DNA of 64,000 nt from NCBI GenBank assembly GCA_000004985.1, contig GG738893.1; one strand, 5' to 3'. The DNA comes from Naegleria gruberi. Its lineage: Eukaryota. The notes beneath the pieces were generated by a model that was not told the origin of the DNA, did no database searches, and saw only the letters and a program-made list of their open reading frames with translations. The first letter of the stretch is position 1. The number at the start of each line of letters is the position of its first letter. The translations under genes were made by a program, and so were the position numbers. This document shows, piece by piece, positions 33,427 to 43,549 of the stretch.

Positions 33427-35937
33427 TTATAATTTGGAAACTCTTGATCCAGTCTTCCAATTGACTGGTAAGAATGCAGAGACACATTCTGGATTTTTGA
33501 GAGAGCTGATTTCTGATGGTTGGACTGGATCTTGATTGGTCAATTTCTTGACAAACTTTTCCATCTTTTTGCCATTCACATTTACTGGAACACCATTCAC
33601 TTGGGCAATGACAGATGGACGATGTCTAGATGATAAATGAGTCTTGATAGTGTCATGAATCTTATCAACAAGTTGTTCGTTCAATTCCAAGTTTGGAGCT
33701 AATTGAACAAAGAGAACGACTTGCTCGTTACCATCCTTTTGTCTTTGACCTACGACAATTGAATCAACCACTTCCTTAACATGTTGCAAGACATCATAGT
33801 AATCACCAGTTCCAATTCTGACTCCTCCTGGATTAAGGGTACTATCACTTCTTCCCTTCACATAGAATCCAAAACGAGGAGTTTGTTCACTCAAATCTCC
33901 TTGAGCCCAAATTCCATCAAATGTTGTAAAGTAACTTTCAAAGTAACGTTTCTGATTCTTTTCTCCCCAGAAAAAGAGTGGATAGGATGGGAATGGATTC
34001 AGACAAACCAATTCACCATTATCTCCAAAGATACGTTCTCCAGCATCATTCCAAACTTGAACATCGAGACCTAGACCTGCACATTGCAATTCACCTGGAT
34101 AGACTGGTAAGAATGGAGAACCCAATGCAAAACAACCATTCAAATCGGTACCACCACTGATAGAGCTCAAGTGAACATGTGGAATCATGTACTTGTAGAG
34201 GTAGACTGCAGTGGATGGAGCCAATGGTGAACCAGTGGTTGTAATTAAACGAAGATGAGAAATATCCAATTTTGTCTTGTGAACCAAATCAATCTTGTTA
34301 GTAACCATGAAAGATAAATATCTTGAACTAGTTCCAAAGAAGGTAATCTTTTCAGTTTCAATTAATTTCCACATGGCCAAAGCATTAGGGAAGAGAGGAC
34401 TTCCATCATATAGCACATTCTTACAACCAGTATATAACATTGAGACACACCAATTCCACATCATCCATCCACAATTAGTATATACAAATGAAGTATCAGA
34501 ATCCTTAACATCGCAATGCAAATGAGTTTCCTTAATATGATTAATCAATACACCAAATCCTTGACAAATACATTTTGGAGCTCCTGTACTTCCACTTGTG
34601 TACATGATCCAAACTGGATGATCCACATCCACAGGTTCAAATTGAATATCCTTTTCATTACAGAGAGTTGGTGATAAATTTCTCAAAAATCCACCATTCA
34701 CAACATCACTATGATAATCGACATATTTGATACGAGAATGTTGAGTGAGCTTATTCACACAATCTTCATTGGACATGATTTCCTTAAGACAGGTATTTCT
34801 AGAGAATTGAGGGAAGAACTTTTCATCGTATTCGAGAGTTTTGACCTTGATAACAGCACGAAGAGTTGGAACATGGTGCATGAGGTATTTACAAGTTTCA
34901 TTGGTGGAGAATAACTTGCCATTGAATGTGTAATATTCAGTTGTAAAGAGGACAACTGGTTCAATATGTTGAAATCTTGCAAAAACAATCTTCTTTCCCA
35001 AATCTGGACTTACACTACTCCAGACAGCTCCAATACTAGTCACAGCCAATAAGGCAACAATGGATTCAGAGCAATTTGACATGATTGATACAACACGATC
35101 CATCTTTTTAACCCCCAGCTCATTTCTCAAGTAGTGAGCCATCTTGGCCACCCGATTCCACAATTCTCCATAGGTCATTTCCACTCTCGGAACCGTAACA
35201 CCCTTAATACCATTCTCACCAATGGCCAAGAGTGCAACTCTATTCACATATTGAGGATCCAAGCATTTGTGAAGTAAATTTTGAGCATAATTGACCTTAG
35301 CTCCCACAAAGAAACGACTTCCCATATGAGGATGAGTTGTAGTCAAACTTGCAAGCATTTCCTCTTCAGTTTGCTTTTTTCTTTCCTCATCAGAAATCTT
35401 CTTTGGTCTTGAAATTACTTGAGAATAGTTTTTAAAGGATTTAATCTTTAAGAATTGCCACAATAAACCCCAGAAACGATCATCCTTAACAGTCCACTCA
35501 AAGAACTTTTGATGATATTTAACTGGATCATCTTGCATCTCCATTTTAGTAAATTCATATGAACAATTGCCTTGCTTATTCAATTCCTCTCTGGCAAACA
35601 ATGAAAAGGCAAACATGACACTCTTCTCCATTGAATCAGCAGAAGGTTTCCAAAGCATTTTGTTCAAATCGACATTGTGAATCTCAGAGTCATTATCAGA
35701 GGGATGAGGTTGAAAGTGTTGAGAAGAAGAACAAGCAACAGCAACAGATGAAGAAGAGGAGGATGGTTGCTGATGAAAATGTCGGTGCTGGAGATGAATT
35801 TGTTGTTGGTGTTGATGGTGATGATGAGCGTGGTGAAGATGAGACATGTTGAATGTTTTTCTGTTGAAAATTTCGCGAATTTTTGGAACATTCAAGCAAT
35901 AACAATTGAACGTTCTGTTACCGCCTTTTCCACACAT
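33427..35937 (-). CDS. Acetoacetyl-CoA synthetase (AMP-forming acyl-CoA synthetase family) with His/Gln-rich N-terminal extension and C-terminal -SKL
   Basis: LWKPSADSMEKSVMFAF...DDRFWGLLW is the AACS N-terminal signature. The AMP-binding motif IMYTSGSTGAPKCI and the conserved C-terminal region are present. The protein ends ...GSRVSKL, followed directly by the stop. Confidence 0.8.
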   Translation of the reverse strand: MCGKGGNRTFNCYCLNVPKIREIFNRKTFNMSHLHHAHHHHQHQQQIHLQHRHFHQQPSSSSSSVAVACSSSQHFQPHPSDNDSEIHNVDLNKMLWKPSADSMEKSVMFAFSLFAREELNKQGNCSYEFTKMEMQDDPVKYHQKFFEWTVKDDRFWGLLWQFLKIKSFKNYSQVISRPKKISDEERKKQTEEEMLASLTTTHPHMGSRFFVGAKVNYAQNLLHKCLDPQYVNRVALLAIGENGIKGVTVPRVEMTYGELWNRVAKMAHYLRNELGVKKMDRVVSIMSNCSESIVALLAVTSIGAVWSSVSPDLGKKIVFARFQHIEPVVLFTTEYYTFNGKLFSTNETCKYLMHHVPTLRAVIKVKTLEYDEKFFPQFSRNTCLKEIMSNEDCVNKLTQHSRIKYVDYHSDVVNGGFLRNLSPTLCNEKDIQFEPVDVDHPVWIMYTSGSTGAPKCICQGFGVLINHIKETHLHCDVKDSDTSFVYTNCGWMMWNWCVSMLYTGCKNVLYDGSPLFPNALAMWKLIETEKITFFGTSSRYLSFMVTNKIDLVHKTKLDISHLRLITTTGSPLAPSTAVYLYKYMIPHVHLSSISGGTDLNGCFALGSPFLPVYPGELQCAGLGLDVQVWNDAGERIFGDNGELVCLNPFPSYPLFFWGEKNQKRYFESYFTTFDGIWAQGDLSEQTPRFGFYVKGRSDSTLNPGGVRIGTGDYYDVLQHVKEVVDSIVVGQRQKDGNEQVVLFVQLAPNLELNEQLVDKIHDTIKTHLSSRHRPSVIAQVNGVPVNVNGKKMEKFVKKLTNQDPVQPSEISSLKNPECVSAFLPVNWKTGSRVSKL

Positions 35938-35999
35938 TTCCTTTTTAGAATGTGCATAAAGGGAACTAGATAATTTGTTAAATTAATTGGAAAAGTAGT

Positions 36000-37017
36000 T
36001 TATTCTTGTTGGTGGAATGGATAGTCAGTGTAACCAGTAGCAAGATCACCACCAGCATAGTAGAATGTTTCTCTATTGTACTTGTTCAATGGTAAATCCT
36101 TTTCCAATCTGTAAGGCAAATCAGGTGTGGAAATAAAGTGACGTCCAAAAGCAACCAAATCAGCATCACCACGTTCCACCATTTCAATAGCAGTTTGTCT
36201 ATTGAAACCACCAGCAGCAATAATTGGGTTCTTGAAGAATTGTCTCAAATGCTTGCAGGCAACTGTTTCAGTTTGTTCAACTTCTTCAGTGCTCTTGGAA
36301 TACATTAATGAAGTACGTGGTTCAACAACGTGCAAGAAGGCCAAATCATACTTGTCAAGAGTCTTGGCAACTTCAGAGAAAGTTTCAGTTGGTGTAGAAT
36401 CGCTCATTTGGTGAAGAGCACCAGATGGACTAATTCTGATACCAACACGATTAGATTCACCATTGACAGCCTTCAAAACTGATTCAACAACTTCACGCAT
36501 AAATCTCAATCTATTTTCAATAGAACCACCATATTCATCAGTTCTCTTATTGACTCCATCTTGAATGAATTGGTCAATCAAGTATCCATTAGCTCCGTGA
36601 ATTTCAACACCATCAAATCCAGCTTCAATAGCATTCTTAGCAGCAGCACCATATTGTTCAACAATGGTCTTGATTTCTTCAACTGATAAACTCTTTGGTG
36701 GTTCAGCAGTAACTTGTTCAAAGGTCTTCAAGTTGAAACATGGAAGATCAGTCATGGCAATATCAGATGATGAAACAGAATCAGCATATCTGACTCTACC
36801 TACGTGCCATAATTGCAAAAAGATGATACCTCCCTTTTGATGGACAGCATCAGTAATCTTCTTCCAGGCCTTAACTTGAGCTTCGGAATAACAACCTGGT
36901 GTGAATGGATAACCTTGTCCTTGTGGTGTAATTTGTGAAGCTTCAGCAATGATTAAACCACCCTTTGAAGCACGTTGATTGTAATAGATAGCACCAACAT
37001 CAGTATGTTCACATTCT
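36000..37017 (-). CDS. Old Yellow Enzyme (NADPH:flavin oxidoreductase / 12-oxophytodienoate reductase-like), paralog 1, exon 2
   Basis: YYNQRASKGGLIIAEASQITPQGQGYPFTPG, WKKITDAVHQKGGIIFLQLWHVGR, GFDGVEIHGANGYLIDQF and RLRFMREVV are OYE hallmarks. Acceptor aataacag sits upstream. Confidence 0.8.
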
Positions 37018-37219
37018 CCCTGTTATTGAATTAATTGAATGATCATGAAATGAATTTGATTCCATATATTATGAATATTCACACAAAACAAAGTAGTTGT
37101 ATGTAGTAGTAAATAGTTAATGATGATATTATCGTTCGTCATCATTGTCATCATTGAAATATTCATCAAATGATAATCGACACAATAATTAACAAAAAAG
37201 GCTATAATTTCAAACTTAC

Positions 37220-37336
37220 AGCAACAGCTCTTGTTCTAGTAAGTGGGGCCATAACAATACGATGGTCCAAAGACAAGCCGTCCTTTCCTCCCAACTTGAG
37301 TGAAGTAAATAACTTTGCAGGTGATGAAGCAGACAT
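37220..37336 (-). CDS. Old Yellow Enzyme paralog 1, exon 1
   Basis: ATG at 37336 encodes MSASSPAKLFTSLKLGGKDGLSLDHRIVMAPLTRTRAVA|GTAAGT. The 117 nt end in phase 0 and join to exon 2 (GECEHTDVGAIYY...). Confidence 0.7.
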
Positions 37337-37739
37337 TTTCAGTGATGAGTTTTTATCGTAGTTTTTTTTGAATTTGATTGTTGTTCGCAGTAAGTTTGTT
37401 GCGCGCCAAGAATTTATAACTTTGATATCTTAGGACGCTTTAATTTCGCACTTAATAGGAAAAAAATAGAGAATTTCAAGTGGTTTTGTTCTGAGCCAGC
37501 CACTGTGGAACGTGGATGCATATTATTTGAGGAAGGAATATTTCAGTGCTCAGTTAATTGTTCCGATTGAGCATGTACTATTAATAACAAGTTGGAAATT
37601 GAATTATTATTTGATGGAGTTAATTAATAGTAAAAAAGCTAGCTTACTTAATCATTTGATGATATTGAATTTAATATTACACAATATTAATTAAAAAAGA
37701 AATCAAAAGAGGAAATTAAATAATCAGTGTGATGATAAT

Positions 37740-38750
37740 TTATTGAAAAGTTGGATAATCGGTATAACCAGTAACAACATCTTTGGAACCATAGAAAGTA
37801 CTTCTGTCATAATGAGTGAGTGGATGACCATTTCTAATTCTTTCAACCAAATCAGGATTAGAAATAAAGTGTCTTCCAAAAGCAATCATATCTGTGACAC
37901 CCTCCTCTGTGGTAATCTTTGCTGTGGCTGGAGTAAAACCACCAGCTGAAATAATTGGAGATCTTGTCAATGGTTTCAATTCCTTGGTTACAACCACAGG
38001 TTTGGATTCAGCTTCGCCATTATCTGAAATTGCTCCACCTGATACTCTTGGTTCTACAAGGTGAATATATGCCAAATCATATTCATCCAATGCCTTGACA
38101 GCTGCTTCAAAGAGTGGTTTTGGATCTGAATCACTAATTTCCAAGAAACATCCACTTGGACTCATACGAATTCCAACACGATCTGATTCATTATCAAATC
38201 CTTCAATACATGCTGAAATAGCTTCACGCATAAATCTCAATCTATTTTCAATAGAACCGCCATATTCATCAGTTCTCTTATTGACTCCATTTTGTAAAAA
38301 TTGGTCAACTAGATAACCATTAGCAGCATGCAATTCCACACCATCGAATCCAGCCAATTTGGCATTTCTAGCAGCTTGCTTATATTGTTCCATAACGACC
38401 TTAATTTCCTCAACAGACAATGCCTTTGGAGTAGTTGGCAATTGTTGTTCTCTGGTTTGCAAATTTGTAGATTTCACATTTTGAATTGGAACTGCAGAAG
38501 AGGAGACATTGTCAGCATAACGTTGTCTACCAACATGCCACAATTGCAAAAAGATGACACCTCCTTTTTGATGGACAGCATCTGTCACCTTTTTCCAAGC
38601 TTTAACTTGAGCTTCGGAATAACAACCTGGAGAACATGGATAACCTTGTCCTTGTGGTGTAATTTGTGAAGCTTCAGCAATGATTAAACCACCTGGTGTG
38701 GCACGTTGAGAGTAGTAAGTAATTGCATGTTCTGTTTGTTCACAATCTCC
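37740..38750 (-). CDS. Old Yellow Enzyme, paralog 2, exon 2
   Basis: ITYYSQRATPGGLIIAEASQITPQGQGYPCSPG, LQLWHVGRQRYAD, GFDGVELHAANGYLVDQF. Acceptor ctattag upstream; stop at 37740. Confidence 0.8.
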   Translation of the reverse strand, partial: GDCEQTEHAITYYSQRATPGGLIIAEASQITPQGQGYPCSPGCYSEAQVKAWKKVTDAVHQKGGVIFLQLWHVGRQRYADNVSSSAVPIQNVKSTNLQTREQQLPTTPKALSVEEIKVVMEQYKQAARNAKLAGFDGVELHAANGYLVDQFLQNGVNKRTDEYGGSIENRLRFMREAISACIEGFDNESDRVGIRMSPSGCFLEISDSDPKPLFEAAVKALDEYDLAYIHLVEPRVSGGAISDNGEAESKPVVVTKELKPLTRSPIISAGGFTPATAKITTEEGVTDMIAFGRHFISNPDLVERIRNGHPLTHYDRSTFYGSKDVVTGYTDYPTFQ

Positions 38751-38885
38751 CTAATAGTTGTGTGAAATAATATTTAACAGTTAAAGGTGATGAATTATTG
38801 TAGTAATCAATCAAAAGTGATGTCAAGATGATGAATATTTAGTTTTCGGAATTTAATATCGGAATTTGTTGATAATAGTACTTAC

Positions 38886-39023
38886 ATCCAATGCTCTGCA
38901 ACGAGTGAGTGGAGCCATCACAATACGATGGGAGAGAGTAATTCTCTGACTGGCAGGAATTTTGTCAGTTCCCAATGTGAGTGGTGTGAAGAGTTTGCTT
39001 GTTGATTCGGAAGTGGCAGACAT
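38886..39023 (-). CDS. Old Yellow Enzyme paralog 2, exon 1
   Basis: ATG at 39023 encodes MSATSESTSKLFTPLTLGTDKIPASQRITLSHRIVMAPLTRCRALD|GTAAGT. Confidence 0.7.
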
Positions 39024-39402
39024 TTTGATTTTTTAAAGTGTGAAAATTATTGGAACAATTAAAATTGAAGGCGAATTTAAATACAATTTGGAGGTAGGAG
39101 TAAATTGGATGAGGTTTGGATGTTGAACAGTGATTTTCTTGGATGTCTTTGTAGAAAGTACGTACGAAAGGTCAAGAGAACGGTCTAATGTTAATGCATC
39201 TGAATAGTATTGACAAATTCTCAGTTAAAGTTACAATTCTTGGATGTTCATAAGGCACATCTTCCAATTTTATTTCTAATAAATAACAACGAAAACCCCT
39301 AAGGCAAAGTTGTTTATGTTTCATGTTCTTTAGTTGCTTTTGTAGAATGTAATTTGGTGAATGATTTCTTGTTAACTTTATTCTATTGCTTCAGATACAA
39401 GG

Positions 39403-40674
39403 TTAACAACAAGAACTACCACTACATGAGCTTGGTGAACAACTATTGGCAGTTGAAGGTTGTTGAGAAGTTGATGGACCCTTAGAACAATCAAAAGCTC
39501 CATAATGTGTACTCATATCACCAATAATTTGGAAATAAGGACCTAACCAAGATGGTTTGGATAACATACTGGCAGTATTTCCACAAACGAGAACTGGTCT
39601 ATTTCTCTCAAAGACATGTCCAGCATCTAAGGTGTAAGCATGCTTGTAGACATGATCAACTTCTGAGCCTCCTCTATAAATTGCAATTTGTCCATAATCT
39701 TCACATTGTGGTTCCAAATCATTCAATTTGAATAAACGATAAGTGATGGAATAGAATTTGGCATTTCCAAGAATTTCCTTCAATTTCAAATCATGAATAA
39801 CAATTTCACTTCTTGTCAATTCTCTTGGATCATCGAATCCAACCTTCTTACAGAGTGCTAAAAAGTCATTTGTGTACAATGCTCCAGCAATACATTCTCC
39901 AAAGAGTAATTCATGAGAACGAACGTCAGATGGCAAACGACGATCACAATAAACATCAGAAAATACAAACTCTCCTCCAAATCTCAAGCTATTGTAAACA
40001 CCTTTCAAAACGGAAGCCTTATCTGGTGACAAATTCACAACACAATTAGAAATGACAATATCAACAGAATTTTCCTCAATTCCAGCACCTTTCAAATCTT
40101 CAATAAATCCCTTTTTGAATTCCAGAGTTGCCAAATTGTCAGCTCCAAAATTTTCTTGCAACTTTACAACATTGTCCCTTGCAACTTGCAATTGCTCATC
40201 AGTCATATCAACTCCAATAGCTTTTCCTCCCTTTCCACAAAGCATACTTGCCAAATAGACATCTCTTCCACTTCCACAACCCAAATCCAAGACAGTTAAT
40301 CCAGAAATGCCAGCCAATGGCAATGGTGACCCACATCCATAATATTTACTCAATACTTCATCTGGAATTTTAGCAAGTAAAGCTTTCATAATCGGATGAG
40401 GTGCTCCACTTGAAGTGCATGCAGAAGTTTTCAAATCTTTAGTAGTAGACAAGACTTTTCCGTAATATTCCTTCACAGATTCATAAACTGCATTGGAATT
40501 TGTATAGGATACTCCTGTTGTATTTTCACTAATTAAATTATGATTATCCGATGATGATGATGAAGATTGATTGTTGGTTGAACAACATGAAGCAGTTGTT
40601 TGTTTAGGTGTATTTTCCATTGGTGATGATGAAGAAGGAGGACAACAGGATTTTTGGCTTCCACAACAAGACAT
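39403..40674 (-). CDS. Arsenite S-adenosylmethionine methyltransferase (AS3MT/ArsM family), single exon, with Cys-rich N-terminal and C-terminal tails
   Basis: VLDLGCGSGRDVYLASMLCGKGGKAIGVDMTDEQL (SAM-binding motif I), ISNCVVNLSPDK, LRFGGEFVFSDVY, and the conserved Cys pair in YYGCG. The N-terminus MSCCGSQKSCCPP and the C-terminus CSPSSCSGSSCC are unusual. Confidence 0.85.
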   Translation of the reverse strand: MSCCGSQKSCCPPSSSSPMENTPKQTTASCCSTNNQSSSSSSDNHNLISENTTGVSYTNSNAVYESVKEYYGKVLSTTKDLKTSACTSSGAPHPIMKALLAKIPDEVLSKYYGCGSPLPLAGISGLTVLDLGCGSGRDVYLASMLCGKGGKAIGVDMTDEQLQVARDNVVKLQENFGADNLATLEFKKGFIEDLKGAGIEENSVDIVISNCVVNLSPDKASVLKGVYNSLRFGGEFVFSDVYCDRRLPSDVRSHELLFGECIAGALYTNDFLALCKKVGFDDPRELTRSEIVIHDLKLKEILGNAKFYSITYRLFKLNDLEPQCEDYGQIAIYRGGSEVDHVYKHAYTLDAGHVFERNRPVLVCGNTASMLSKPSWLGPYFQIIGDMSTHYGAFDCSKGPSTSQQPSTANSCSPSSCSGSSCC

Positions 40675-40827
40675 TTTTTTGTGTTGATTGCTTTTATCCT
40701 CAGCACTTCTATCGCTTTAGTTTTCCAATCTATCCACAACAGTAACGGCGAAACTAAAGATGTGTGGATGTTATTGCGTCCATGTCTTGTGATTGGATGT
40801 TTGATTTCTGCATTGTAAAATGATGTT

Positions 40828-42153
40828 TTACAAAATCCACCACCATACCTGACATAAAACATAAGTCAACAAGCAAACAGTTAAAATACTCAAATAGCTC
40901 AACACGGATTTGAACTTGAAGATTGAATAAATGGTAGCAATAATGAATAATATGGCATAGAATATGAAAATATTCCAAATCTTTGGCAAGTAATAGATGG
41001 ACAAGTCATGTACAGAGTTTCGTTCCATATCCAAGGTCAAAATTCCATAACCATATTTGAAAGTACCTTGTAACATGCTAAATGTTGGAATGGTATGCTC
41101 TGTAACAGTGTGCTCATAGACATTGTGTTGGAATTTGCAATATTCGTGATCATCTCCACTCAGAACAAGAATTGGTTTGGTGAGTGAGACTAATTTCTTT
41201 GAATCTGAAGGATTGAGCATGTTTCTGTAACCTGCTCCATAACCCTCTTCCAAAGGTCTACTCCTAGATTTGGTTCCCATTCTGGTATCGAAGTCATCGT
41301 TCTGGCAAAGCCCATCTCTATACAATGGAATGTGTGTCAGTAAAATATTCTTTGAATTTTCTGCATCTACGTTTTTCAATAGAAAATCATAAATTGGTGT
41401 TCCCAAATACATTGAATTCACTCCAATAATATTCATCTTACTATTGATGGCATAATTAAAATTGAGTGGCATGAAATGCTTTTCAAATCTGTCCAAAATC
41501 TTCTTTTCCCAATTTTCTAATCCAATATCATGATTTCCACTCAGATAAATCGTCTTGATTCCATCTCTATTCTCAAAAGTTTTCCTAAATCTCTTCAATT
41601 CCCTCCCATATTCTTCATCAGTGATCCTCCTTCCATTATCAAATAAATCTCCCATAAATATAATTGTGTGAATATTGTTCCTATTCATTCGGAGAATGGA
41701 TTGAAAATTCTTCCTCATGAAAGTATCACACAACATGAATATAAACCTTGAAAGAATTGCAAATTCATCATTCACAAACGAATAGGAATATCTATCGGTC
41801 AATTGTGGATCTCCAATCAATAATATATTATGATACTTGTCATTTACCTTCGGAGCATATGTAAATTGGAATCTAAATATCAAAACTTCCATAAAAACAA
41901 TCAAGAACACCAATAGCATGATAAATCGAGTCAGATGAGAAAATTCCGAAATGAAATGTTGAATCCTCTCCACATAGGAAAATACAATAATTAATAGGCT
42001 TTGATTTTTCTCTTCTGTATGTGATGAAAATTCCTCATGATGATGATTATTTCCTTCCGATGATGATTGTCTGATGGATAAATCGACTCCTCCTTCCTCT
42101 TCTTCAAGATTATGAGTGGATGATGTGGTTTTCCTGTTTCTTGATTGCAACAT
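40828..42153 (-). CDS. Calcineurin-like metallophosphoesterase, Cdc1/Ted1/MPPE1 (PGAP5)-like, with N-terminal and C-terminal TM segments
   Basis: LIGDPQLTD, FMGDLFDNGR, GNHDIG and SGDDHEY metallophosphoesterase motifs are flanked by hydrophobic helices. First ATG at 42153; the track start is TTG. Confidence 0.7.
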   Translation of the reverse strand: MLQSRNRKTTSSTHNLEEEEGGVDLSIRQSSSEGNNHHHEEFSSHTEEKNQSLLIIVFSYVERIQHFISEFSHLTRFIMLLVFLIVFMEVLIFRFQFTYAPKVNDKYHNILLIGDPQLTDRYSYSFVNDEFAILSRFIFMLCDTFMRKNFQSILRMNRNNIHTIIFMGDLFDNGRRITDEEYGRELKRFRKTFENRDGIKTIYLSGNHDIGLENWEKKILDRFEKHFMPLNFNYAINSKMNIIGVNSMYLGTPIYDFLLKNVDAENSKNILLTHIPLYRDGLCQNDDFDTRMGTKSRSRPLEEGYGAGYRNMLNPSDSKKLVSLTKPILVLSGDDHEYCKFQHNVYEHTVTEHTIPTFSMLQGTFKYGYGILTLDMERNSVHDLSIYYLPKIWNIFIFYAILFIIATIYSIFKFKSVLSYLSILTVCLLTYVLCQVWWWIL

Positions 42154-42397
42154 TTTTTTTAATTTAAAATTAAATTTAAAATTAGTTTGGTCAATTAAGT
42201 CCAAAGAAAATCATTTTATTTAACAAGCTGATAAGATTTAGAATTTCACAATTTGATAGAATAAATATCAAGGATCCATTAGATCTTGGATAGGAATCGC
42301 TACATCTGATCACCATCTATGAAAATAAGAATGAAGAAACAATTTTGAAATAAATTAAACATGTATGAGAGGTTGAAAATTAATTTTGCTTGGTTTT

Positions 42398-43450
42398 TCA
42401 TAGAACTACGTAATTCTTCTTGGCAACCATCACTCCTCTGCAAACCATAGCCAATCCAAAACAAACCAAAAGTAGAACAATGAATGCAAAGAAGGAACCA
42501 ATCACAGCCACTGCAGTATCATGTTCATTGGAGGCAAATGCAGTTTTGGCAAAAGTAATGGCGCTATTGGCTTTGCATTGATCTCCAACTTGTGTTGGAC
42601 AATCAATAAAACTCAATTCCTTATTCAGACAAAATCTGACCTCTACCAATATGGAACTATTGTAACAAACGAGAGCAGGTGTTCCAAATCCACTGGCTTT
42701 GAATCCTTCCTTCATGAATTTAATGTCATAGGTTGTGGTATTGGATGGAACAATGTTTTGTTTCTTGAGGGATGGTAAAATTGACATACTCTTTCTCAAT
42801 TTGATTGATTGAAGAAAATAATCACGAACTGCATTACTTGAGAATTGAGGTAATTGTGCAGCACACGTTCCATGTTTATCATATTCGTGTTGCCACAATC
42901 CAGGAGCAGCATTCTTATAATCTGAAATAATTTCCAAATATTCAATCATTAAATATTCAATCTATTAATAATTGTGAAATATTTACCTGTCCAATAAATA
43001 TCCAAATCACTTCTCAAATCCTCGATAATACTGTAATTAAAAGCAGGAGCATTACAATTGAAAGGTCCCATTTTTCCTACCAATTTACTTTCATTATTCG
43101 AAATTAATTGAATTTAATCATCAACCTACTTTGGCCACAATCCATGAATTGTAAAATCCTTCACTTCAGGTTTCAAAAAACAAGGCTTCAATGTATAACA
43201 TGCTGATCCAGGCCACGACAATGCAAAAACCTAATTTTTCATTAAAATTCAAGCATCAAGATTATTATTATTTAATTATAATTTTCTTCCAAACTTTATC
43301 CGAAAAACCTACAAATATATCAAAATCATCATCTGCAGCACCTGATCTCTTCATCATGTTGAGTTTTCCCTCTGTGATCCCTCCATTCATCAACCCAATA
43401 GCAACGATGCAAGATAACACCAAGATAATACGCGACACTATCTGCGACAT
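42398..43450 (-). CDS. Ribonuclease T2 family, secreted; about 4 exons (43450..43317 signal peptide, 43230..43130 CAS I, 43076..42987, 42921..42398 CAS II)
   Basis: CAS I FTIHGLWP and CAS II WQHEYDKHGTCAA are present. Exon 1 has an N-terminal signal peptide (MSQIVSRIILVLSCIVAIG). Exon 3 encodes GPFNCNAPAFNYSIIEDLRSDLDIYWT. The exon 3–4 junction (ACAG|GTAAAT...tttcag) is clean; the exon 2–3 phase is unresolved. Confidence 0.7.
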
Positions 43451-43549
43451 TTTTTTTTCAAAATCTAAAAAAAGCGCAAGATTTTTACAAATTTTTCAAA
43501 GACTTTTTTAAAATGTTACAATTTTATATTGGAATGAAGATAAAGACTA

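Noticed and set aside
40533-40862. 109-aa minus-strand ORF overlapping the AS3MT 5' end and promoter
   Set aside because: It overlaps the real AS3MT start in another frame and has no independent support. I treat it as spurious.
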